Shown piece by piece: positions 56,883 through 64,000 of a stretch of 64,000 nucleotides of DNA. This DNA is from Minisyncoccota bacterium (lineage in GTDB: Bacteria; Patescibacteriota; Minisyncoccia; Phycocordibacterales; UBA9973). Position 1 is the stretch's first letter. Each line of letters starts with the position of its first letter. The notes below the pieces were generated by a model that saw nothing but the letters and a program-made list of their open reading frames with translations, ran no database searches and was not told where the DNA came from. The stretch spans positions 479,755-543,754 of the forward strand of contig JAQULK010000001.1 of NCBI GenBank assembly GCA_028718635.1, read 5' to 3'. A program made the translations under genes and the position numbers.

Positions 56883-57599
56883 TTATTTTTTCTTACTACC
56901 AAATACTATATATAAAAAGATTTTATAGTAGAAAATAATAATCCCTGCAAAGAGCAAAAAGGAAAATACCAAAACGACAGGAATCATTTCTAGAAAGTAC
57001 ATTATAGTTTTACCAACAGATTTTTCATAAAAGAACCAGTTATCTTGGTACGATTTATCGGGTTGCAAAAAAGTAACCTTTGTATTATTAAAAGATGTGT
57101 AAGCATCAACAATTAAACATTTTATATCATTTTGTTTTATGTAATTTGAAAATGCTTCCGATGAGATTTTATTTCTGTAATTATTCTCCATTATAAATAA
57201 TTCATACAATATATCCGTATTTTTATTATCCTTAATTTTTTCATAATTATTGGCAAGTTCAGTAGAACAATAAACGTTATTTAAAGTACCCATATAATAA
57301 TCGTCTGGAGGACTATTTAATACATAAGTTCTATTACTGTCTCCTATCTTTTCCCCCATCTTAATAAGTGCACTTATTGGTTTAATCTCAGAAGTTATTC
57401 TTTCAGATATAGTTGCAACTTTTTTCCATTCTTGAACTCCAATATCACCCTTAAACAGATTAGAATTACTATAAACTATTAAATTATAAATAAAAAATAG
57501 AATAAAGGAAAAAATAAAAATAATTGATAGAAGTCTATGCCACCATTTATTTTTAAGATTCAAATCTTCTCTAGATAACCAATTTAATATTTTTTTCAT
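56883..57599 (-). CDS. hypothetical membrane-anchored protein
   Basis: 238 aa, N-terminal and C-terminal hydrophobic helices flanking soluble domain. Confidence 0.4.
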   Translation of the reverse strand: MKKILNWLSREDLNLKNKWWHRLLSIIFIFSFILFFIYNLIVYSNSNLFKGDIGVQEWKKVATISERITSEIKPISALIKMGEKIGDSNRTYVLNSPPDDYYMGTLNNVYCSTELANNYEKIKDNKNTDILYELFIMENNYRNKISSEAFSNYIKQNDIKCLIVDAYTSFNNTKVTFLQPDKSYQDNWFFYEKSVGKTIMYFLEMIPVVLVFSFLLFAGIIIFYYKIFLYIVFGSKKK

Positions 57600-57602
57600 A
57601 AA

Positions 57603-57977
57603 TTATTTTTTTAATACTCTTTTAAAAATCTCAGGGTCTCTTTTTGCTGAACTTAAAATAACATCAAAATTAAAACGACCATACCCAAATGTTTCCTCTT
57701 CATAATCTTCATCCTCTTTGTCTTTTTCTTGGTCAAAATAATTAACAAAGTCTAATATGGCATTTATTAAAGTACCCATTATCATAATCGGTTTTTCAAG
57801 TTTCTTTGCATTATCAGAACCAGAAGTTTCATCACTTTTAATAAAAACAGCCATCATGTCTGCTTTCTGATAAATCTGTTTCCATAAGTACTCAACAATA
57901 GTTTTCCAATGGAAGGTATTACGATTAACCCACCAAATAATAACCCCTACGACAACTATTATTAGTAAATATCCCAT
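57603..57977 (-). CDS. hypothetical protein with N-terminal TM and acidic tail
   Basis: 124 aa; EDEDYEEE acidic stretch. Confidence 0.35.
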   Translation of the reverse strand: MGYLLIIVVVGVIIWWVNRNTFHWKTIVEYLWKQIYQKADMMAVFIKSDETSGSDNAKKLEKPIMIMGTLINAILDFVNYFDQEKDKEDEDYEEETFGYGRFNFDVILSSAKRDPEIFKRVLKK

Positions 57978-58552
57978 ATGATTTTAATCATACAACTCTC
58001 GCTAAAAAAATCAATGGTTGTTTGACATTCCTTTTTTAAAGGCATATACTAATAGCGAGTACGGAACTGCACCTTGATTTATAAAGCACGCAAAAAATAA
58101 AAAAATAACAACACTCTCGCCTAAAAAAATTAAACCCTTTGTGGCTAGCATAAAATATATAAAAAATTAAAACACAGCTAGAAATATAAAATAAAAAAAA
58201 ATAAAGAGAGCCTAAATAATAAAAAAAATTAATTAGTGCCAAACAAAACAGGAACCAAAATTTGGGTTCTTTTTTCGTTTATTTCAAGCTGTTTTTCTGT
58301 ACCCGAAAAAAGGGTATGGAATTAAAATATAGCCAAATTCTAATAACTCGTACTATAAACCACTTTAAGAAAAAGTATGGTTTAGACATTTCTGCCGAAA
58401 CAGCAGATGTCTATTTGGCTTCGTTCGCGGTGGTGTTCCGTTCGTTCGTCCGCCCGTCCTCTGTGGACGGCGGACGAACGGATACACCCGATGATTATTA
58501 ACACTCGTTCTGCGGGTGGTAGTAACACCCGCAGAACATTGCAGATTGCAAT
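57978..58552. other. AT-rich non-coding region with direct repeats (ctcgc(c)taaaaaaat) and two GC-rich hairpins (58438-58483, 58509-58537): candidate replication origin / regulatory region of the integrated element
   Basis: 575 bp without credible ORF; poly-A tracts; hairpins ccgttcgttcgtccgcc...ggcggacgaacgg and ttctgcgggtg gtagtaa cacccgcagaa immediately upstream of Rep-like gene. Confidence 0.3.
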
Positions 58553-59608
58553 ATGATAGACACGATTAAATTTTTAATACCAATTGATAACAGTGAGGTT
58601 TTTGAGAGTATTAAAAATCAGCTTACTCGTACTCGTAGAGAAAATATGAAAACGAATGAATTAAAATTTGAATATTTTACAGAAGAAATTGAAGTAGGAA
58701 GTTATGAACGAACTGTAAGAATTTATCTGAAACAAGATAGCCCGAAAGGTGTATTCGTAGAATTTTCTTTGCCTAAACAATATTATGATAATAATGTAGA
58801 AATGATACACGCTTATGATATTGAATATGTTTTAGATAATTTTAAAAATGATGTTTGCCAATTTTTCCAAGAACGTATTCCTCCAATAGAACAATGGATT
58901 ATTTATCGTCTTGATGTTTGCTATAACTGGACTTTTGAATCAGAACAAAAATGCCAGTCCATTATGAATTTTATTCAGCGTATAGATTTCCCTAAAAAGA
59001 AAAAATATGTCTATGATACTTCTGTAATGTATAAAGGGTCTGCCTATACAATTAAATTCTATTTAAAGGGTGCAGAATTTAAGAGGCATGACTATAAAGA
59101 CATTTTTAAAAAAGATATGGATAAAGCTGATTTACTTCTTAATTGGGCAGAAAAAGTTTTACGATTTGAGGTTGAATTTAAGAAAGGATATTTAAGTAAT
59201 TTATTTCCTCATGGAAAAGTTTTAGTTTCTAGTATTGTTTACGATAAAATTATTGAGGACATATTAAAAAAATATCTTACTTTGGTTTTTCGCTACGTTA
59301 ATAAAGAAAATATGAAATATGAAAATGTTAGGCAGTTAATAGATAAAAGTTTCAAGCCAGCTAAAGCATTACGCTTGTATCAATTTTATAAGGGCTACTT
59401 TTACGAGCAAGATGAAAAGTTTCATATTAAAAAAGGACTTAACCCGTCTACGATTTGGCGATATAAAAACGATTTAAAAAATATTGGTGTTTCATTTGAG
59501 GAAAATTTAGGTGATTCCAGTTTCGTAGCGGTTGAGGAATTGATTGTACCCTCTGGAAAAGGAAAGTTTGATTTGCTTGATTATAAGCTAACTAGTGATT
59601 ATAGTTAA
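58553..59608 (+). CDS. putative rolling-circle replication initiator (Rep_trans-like)
   Basis: Blocks RLDVCYNW, YVYDTSVMYKGSAYTIKFYLKGAE, VLRFEVEFKKGYL resemble Rep_trans (PF02486) motifs including the catalytic Y-x-K region; sits next to serine recombinase. Confidence 0.4.
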   Translation: MIDTIKFLIPIDNSEVFESIKNQLTRTRRENMKTNELKFEYFTEEIEVGSYERTVRIYLKQDSPKGVFVEFSLPKQYYDNNVEMIHAYDIEYVLDNFKNDVCQFFQERIPPIEQWIIYRLDVCYNWTFESEQKCQSIMNFIQRIDFPKKKKYVYDTSVMYKGSAYTIKFYLKGAEFKRHDYKDIFKKDMDKADLLLNWAEKVLRFEVEFKKGYLSNLFPHGKVLVSSIVYDKIIEDILKKYLTLVFRYVNKENMKYENVRQLIDKSFKPAKALRLYQFYKGYFYEQDEKFHIKKGLNPSTIWRYKNDLKNIGVSFEENLGDSSFVAVEELIVPSGKGKFDLLDYKLTSDYS

Positions 59609-59612
59609 ATTT

Positions 59613-61079
59613 ATGAAATACGTTATCTATTGCAGAAAATCAACCGATACCGAGGACAGACAAGTCCAATCCCTAGAATCCCAAGAAAACGAGCTTAAAA
59701 GGCTCGCAGAGGCTCAAGGACTGCATGTTGTTGCTATCTTACATGAAAGTATGTCCGCCAAGTCAGAGGGTCGCCCTGTATTCAATAAAGTGTTAGAAAT
59801 GTTTATTAAAGGAAAAGTTGACGGTATTATTTGTTGGAAACTAGACCGCCTAGCTAGAAACTTTATTGACGGTGGACGAATTATTGATTTACTGCAAAAA
59901 TCTGTTATCAAAGAAATTCGCACTCCTGAAAGTATTTATTTACCCAATGATAATGTGTTAATGATTTCTATGCAGTTTGGAATGGCTAACCAATACAGCC
60001 GTGATTTGAGTATGAATGTTAAGCGTGGTCTTCGTACTAAACTTGAAAAGGGCGAATGGTTAAATAAGGCACCACTCGGATACTTGAATGATAAAATTGC
60101 ACACAAAATTATTATTGACCCAGTACGCAGTAAATATATTATCCGTGCTTTTGAACTTTTTACGACTGGAAAATACGGACACAAAGATATTTCTAATATT
60201 CTTTTTTCCGAGGGATTTAGAAGTAGTGGTAATTTACAAGTGCCAAAGTCGGCAATCCAAACGATTCTTTTAAATCCTTTTTATTGTGGTTTAATGAAAA
60301 CAGGCGGAAAAATTTATAACGGAAACCATACACCCATTATTTCTAAAGCTATTTATGATAAAGCCCAAGAGGTAATGCAAGAACGCCTACACCCAAGAAA
60401 GAAAACTTTACTATTTCCTGTTAGAGGTTTGATTAAATGTAGCGAGTGCGGTTGTATGTATACCGCTAGTAGAAAAAAAGGTCATGATTATTACTACTGC
60501 ACTAATGGCAAAGGCATTTGTACTTCTGATAAAAAATATTTGAGAGAAAATGATTTGTATAAAAAATTACTTCCTATTCTTGAAAAAGTTGCGTGGGATA
60601 AAGAAGAAATTGAGTTGTTATACCTTGCATCAAAAGAGGACATTAAATACGAAACTGGATACTTAAATAAAACTCTAGAAAATCTTAAACAAGAGGCAGT
60701 CGTTATTTTAGAACGCCAAGGCAAACTTCTTAATTTATATTTAGATGGCTCTATGTCTAAAGAATTATACGAGGAAAAAAATATCGCTATTGAAAATCAA
60801 AGAGTGTTATTAGCCAAGCAAATTTCTGAAATTGAGGACAAAACCCAAAAGGCAGTTTCTGCTTTGGAACCGACTAAAAAATTGTTTTTAGATTGTGTTG
60901 TATGGGCGAAAGAGTTTTTAACACTTCCACCAGAGAAAAAACAAAATATTGTCCACGAGATACTTTGGAACCTTAACATGAAAGAGAAAAATATCGTTGA
61001 TTACCAACTTAAAAGTCCGTATTCTGCTATCGCAAATTTACCTCAAAATGCTAATTTCCACGCAAGGCTGGGAGACTAG
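59613..61079 (+). CDS. large serine recombinase (integrase)
   Basis: Resolvase N-domain YCRKSTD...SLESQ...DRLARN, recombinase domain, zinc ribbon CSECGCMYTA...YYYCTNGKGIC, C-terminal coiled coil; last 4 codons overlap tRNA-Gln 3' end. Confidence 0.85.
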   Translation: MKYVIYCRKSTDTEDRQVQSLESQENELKRLAEAQGLHVVAILHESMSAKSEGRPVFNKVLEMFIKGKVDGIICWKLDRLARNFIDGGRIIDLLQKSVIKEIRTPESIYLPNDNVLMISMQFGMANQYSRDLSMNVKRGLRTKLEKGEWLNKAPLGYLNDKIAHKIIIDPVRSKYIIRAFELFTTGKYGHKDISNILFSEGFRSSGNLQVPKSAIQTILLNPFYCGLMKTGGKIYNGNHTPIISKAIYDKAQEVMQERLHPRKKTLLFPVRGLIKCSECGCMYTASRKKGHDYYYCTNGKGICTSDKKYLRENDLYKKLLPILEKVAWDKEEIELLYLASKEDIKYETGYLNKTLENLKQEAVVILERQGKLLNLYLDGSMSKELYEEKNIAIENQRVLLAKQISEIEDKTQKAVSALEPTKKLFLDCVVWAKEFLTLPPEKKQNIVHEILWNLNMKEKNIVDYQLKSPYSAIANLPQNANFHARLGD

Positions 61080-61138
61080 GAATCGGACCTAGATTAAAGG
61101 CTTCAAAGGCCTCTGTCCTACCGTTAGACGATCTCCCA
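61068..61138 (-). tRNA. tRNA-Gln (anticodon UUG)
   Basis: Hand-folded: acceptor TGGGAGA/TCTCCCA, D stem GTCT/GGAC, anticodon stem GAGGC/GCCTT loop CTTTGAA, T arm CTAGG TCCGATT CCTAG. Confidence 0.6.
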
Positions 61139-61236
61139 ATATTTTTTAAACAACTTAGTTTATAACATAAATAATGAAAAAAATCTATATTATAGATATA
61201 AAATTAGGTTAAAATTTGACATATCACCACAACCTA

Positions 61237-61272
61237 AAAACCACTTACAAAAGTAAGTGGTTTTTAGGTTTA
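61237..61272. terminator. bidirectional terminator (aaaaccacttac aaaag gtaagtggtttt)
   Basis: 12-bp perfect stem flanked by A- and T-runs. Confidence 0.55.
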
Positions 61273-61285
61273 AAAAACAAAATTC

Positions 61286-61444
61286 TTACATCATCTTATC
61301 CTTTTTCATCAAACCCCAAATTACGCCGATGACTCCAAGCACTATCAAAACCCACATCCAAGTTGAAGAGAAGCTCATCATTAAACCGATGATACCTACT
61401 ACAGCTAAAATAATACCGACTACTAACAATGTTGTTTTGTTCAT
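61286..61444 (-). CDS. 52-aa hydrophobic hairpin membrane protein
   Basis: Hand-translated MNKTTLLVVGIILAVVGIIGLMMSFSSTWMWVLIVLGVIGVIWGLMKKDKMM; followed by terminator. Confidence 0.3.
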   Translation of the reverse strand: MNKTTLLVVGIILAVVGIIGLMMSFSSTWMWVLIVLGVIGVIWGLMKKDKMM

Positions 61445-61572
61445 AATTCTTTTTTAAATAGCTACTTATAATCGACCTTTATCTTCTTTAATTTTATTAT
61501 GCACGAAAAAAATAATCAAACTAATTTTCCACATTTAATCAAAACACAAAATGATTTCAGCTTTTTCGAATT

Positions 61573-62607
61573 CTATTTTTGAATTATCTCCACTAATGCA
61601 AGCTCAAGGGGTAATTCGGAGACAAAGGCATTATCAATATTTTTATATGCTTCAAGCAACACAGCCAATGTAGAAGAATTAAATGCCTCTTTACCCACAC
61701 CTCTAATTAAATCTTTAAGAAATTCTAAATCTGTTTCTCCCAAATCCCCTATCATTTCTTTTTCTAATTTTGGCGCATAGCGCAGGATTATAGCCATGCG
61801 GAATTTCTGAATTATGAGTTTGAAATATAATTTCATATCTAAATTCGCTTCTCCGGCAATGCGCACAGCAGAGACTCCTTTCTCTAGATCCTTTTCCGCA
61901 ATGGCAAAAATAAAATCATTAACCAGAGTCGTCTTCGGCGCACCAGTTATCTTTTCCACATCTTCCCTTTTAATTTTTTTACTCTTGCTAAAATTGAGAA
62001 TCTTTTGCAATTCCCCTAAACCATCCCGAAACGATCCATCGGCTAAAATAGCCAAAAGTTCTGCTGAACCAGCATCTAATTCAAACCCCTCCAACTTCGC
62101 GACGTCCAGCAATAATTTTTTACATACCACGTCAGAAGCTTTTTTGAAAGTGAAAACCTGGCAACGAGAAATAATTGTCTCGGGAACCTTATGAAGTTCA
62201 GTCGTAGCCAAAATAAAAATAACATGTTTCGGAGGCTCTTCTAAGGTTTTTAATAGCGCACCCCAAGCATCCTTGGAAAGCATATGCACCTCATCTATAA
62301 TGTAAACTTTGTATTTCGAATCAAAAGGTAAAACTCGCACACCGTTACGAAGCTCTTTTATGTCTTCAATTCCTCTATTGGAAGCAGCATCGATTTCGTA
62401 AAGATCATTGGCGGACACTCCTATGCTCGTCGCAAAGATTCTAGCGAGAGAGGTCTTGCCAGTACCGCGTGAACCGACAAAAAGATACGCATGCGAAACT
62501 TTATTTGTCTCTACAGAACTTTCTAGTATTTTGACAATATGGTCTTGTCCTAAAACCTCTTTAAAAGTTTTGGGTCGGTATTTGCGATACAAGGCTAAAT
62601 CATGCAT
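61573..62607 (-). CDS. dnaX: DNA polymerase III subunit gamma/tau (short form)
   Basis: YRPKTFKEVLGQDHI, Walker A GSRGTGKTS, sensor motifs; 344 aa. Confidence 0.85.
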   Translation of the reverse strand: MHDLALYRKYRPKTFKEVLGQDHIVKILESSVETNKVSHAYLFVGSRGTGKTSLARIFATSIGVSANDLYEIDAASNRGIEDIKELRNGVRVLPFDSKYKVYIIDEVHMLSKDAWGALLKTLEEPPKHVIFILATTELHKVPETIISRCQVFTFKKASDVVCKKLLLDVAKLEGFELDAGSAELLAILADGSFRDGLGELQKILNFSKSKKIKREDVEKITGAPKTTLVNDFIFAIAEKDLEKGVSAVRIAGEANLDMKLYFKLIIQKFRMAIILRYAPKLEKEMIGDLGETDLEFLKDLIRGVGKEAFNSSTLAVLLEAYKNIDNAFVSELPLELALVEIIQK

Positions 62608-62647
62608 AAGCTTACTATATCAAAATTTTTCCTGCCCTGCCATAGCT

Positions 62648-63670
62648 TTAGCGAAGGCGGGTTAGAAAATCATTGATTATTTTTTCAACTTGTTTGGCGT
62701 TTTCGGTTTCCATTAATTTTACTCGGAGTTCTTTGGCTCCATGAAAATCGTTTACGTATGCCTTAAAATGCTTTTTCATAACAGCGAAACTTTTATGTTT
62801 AGGTTTTGAAAGTTCTTTTTCAAAGAGCTGAGTATGTTCTACTAAAACTCCTAGCTTCTCTTTTGAACCTATTTCTCTTCCAGAGAAAAACCACGGATTG
62901 CCGAAAACTCCACGTCCGATCATTACTCCATCACAACCATACTTCAAAGCTTTTTCTTCTCCATCTTTTATATCTTTTATGTCTCCATTGCCAATGAGCA
63001 TCATGTCTTTCCCGCTTTTTTTGATAAGCTTCTTTATTTTTTTAATGTGACTCCAATCAACCGGAACAAGCGAAAGCTCTTTGACGGTGCGCAAATGAAT
63101 AGTGAGTGCAGAGATATCTTCTTTTAATAATTCGGGAATCCATTTGTCTATTTCTTCTTTAGAAAAACCAATTCTTGTTTTGACAGACACTGGAATAGAG
63201 AGACCCGCAGATTTAATGCCTACGTGCGCTGCTTGGATAATTTTTCTTGCGAGTTGTGGATTTTTAATTAATGCAGACCCCGCTCCTTGGCTTATTACGG
63301 ATTTATCCGGACAACCCATATTTATGTCTATCCCATCAAAACCAAGGCTGGCGACATACTGACAAGCAATCTTCATATTGTCGGGATTGGCGCCGAAAAC
63401 TTGAACCACGATCGGCCTCTCGCTTTCTTTGAATTTTAAAATGTGGGCTAATTTTTTTCTGGCAAATTTATTGGCAAGACCATCTGCTGAGACAAACTCT
63501 GTCCAAAAAACAACTCTATTTTTATTTTCTCTATTTTTACCATATTTTGAGAGTACCGTTCGAAAAGCTATATCCGTAACATCAGACATTGGAGCAAGAC
63601 AGAAAAATGGTTTTTTAAGATTTTTCCAGAAGTTTTTTTTATTGGAATTTATCATAAACTTTGTTTCCAA
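62648..63670 (-). CDS. tRNA-dihydrouridine synthase
   Basis: LAPMSDVTDIAFR..., TIM-barrel Dus motifs (GFDGIDINMGCP, catalytic Cys). Confidence 0.85.
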   Translation of the reverse strand: METKFMINSNKKNFWKNLKKPFFCLAPMSDVTDIAFRTVLSKYGKNRENKNRVVFWTEFVSADGLANKFARKKLAHILKFKESERPIVVQVFGANPDNMKIACQYVASLGFDGIDINMGCPDKSVISQGAGSALIKNPQLARKIIQAAHVGIKSAGLSIPVSVKTRIGFSKEEIDKWIPELLKEDISALTIHLRTVKELSLVPVDWSHIKKIKKLIKKSGKDMMLIGNGDIKDIKDGEEKALKYGCDGVMIGRGVFGNPWFFSGREIGSKEKLGVLVEHTQLFEKELSKPKHKSFAVMKKHFKAYVNDFHGAKELRVKLMETENAKQVEKIINDFLTRLR

Positions 63671-64000
63671 ATCTCAAGTCAATATATTCCAAGGTTGAAT
63701 ATTTATTTTTGAATTTTGATTTTAAAGGTTCTGTATCTAGGGCTGCTTGCAAATTTTCTGCAACATTCTGAAAATCTGCATCTGCTTTAAGGATTATTTT
63801 TGGCTCTGTTCCAGATGAATTCTTGCCTGAAAGAAATACTTGCAGGTCTCCATCGTTTGTCGCATACATAGCTATGGGCTTCAACCCCATGCCGACCAGG
63901 ACGTCTCTAAATAAAATTAATTGCTTAAAATTTTGCTTGGAAAAATAAGATTCTGACTGGGTACCATAAAATTTAAAATAAACATTTCCAGAAAAATATG
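63639..64000 (-). CDS. phosphohexomutase (GlmM/ManB family), C-terminal part; gene continues beyond right edge
   Basis: ORF open to window end on minus strand; C-terminal domain-4 signature LSGKNSSGTEPKII (SGTEP loop). Confidence 0.5.
   Translation of the reverse strand, partial: YFSGNVYFKFYGTQSESYFSKQNFKQLILFRDVLVGMGLKPIAMYATNDGDLQVFLSGKNSSGTEPKIILKADADFQNVAENLQAALDTEPLKSKFKNKYSTLEYIDLRFGNKVYDKFQ

Noticed and set aside
58036-58242. 68-aa minus-strand ORF in the AT-rich region
   Set aside because: It lies in the poly-A/T low-complexity DNA of the putative origin region. The protein is mostly F/Y/I/L from A/T runs
61257-61457. 66-aa plus-strand ORF
   Set aside because: It overlaps the terminator hairpin. 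The antisense 52-aa hydrophobic ORF (61286-61444) gives a cleaner TM-hairpin protein followed by the terminator. Neither is strongly supported

Overview
This is an AT-rich bacterial chromosomal segment with compact genes, mostly lacking Shine-Dalgarno sequences, and UGA used as a stop codon. tRNA-Trp has a CCA anticodon. The style resembles small-genome Patescibacteria/CPR-like lineages, but that placement is inference only.

The left third (1-19.7 kb) is housekeeping: priA (partial), mreB, holB, frr, rseP, an M24 peptidase, ddl, alr, rpmG, tRNA-Trp, a PAS histidine kinase, a YhhQ-like transporter, a Xer recombinase, rpmA, rplI, ctpA, mltG, a CAP-domain protein and PBP2.

The middle (19.7-44.7 kb) is a near-complete de novo purine cluster: purB-C-M-E-H, guaA, guaB, purA, purD-N-F-Q and purL. 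Three large cysteine-rich paralogous ORFs of unknown function are embedded in it, one of them translationally coupled to a Fic-domain gene. A truncated MazF-like toxin ORF also sits in the cluster.

The right third is accessory: a TrmB-PfkB-HAD module with canonical SD sites, then a probable integrated element ending at tRNA-Gln. That element carries a Rep_trans-like rolling-circle initiator, a large serine recombinase whose 3' end overlaps the tRNA, an AT-rich origin-like region, and a three-gene operon (DGQHR/DndB-like protein, 458-aa unknown protein, Dam-like N6-adenine methyltransferase). This operon is the best candidate for a novel DNA-modification or defence system. dnaX, a dus gene and a partial phosphohexomutase follow.

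Three families of palindromic or MITE-like repeats are superimposed on all of this. One is a ~112-bp palindromic element in six copies; one is a 'CCCCTCTCC...GGAGAGGGG' hairpin element in three copies. Both supply terminal codons or stops to flanking genes, and each has one copy read through in frame inside a CDS (a membrane protein and purL). The third is short TIR elements (CCYGTTAGARAY) inserted exactly at the start codons of frr and mreB. No CRISPR array, rRNA or recognisable riboswitch was seen.
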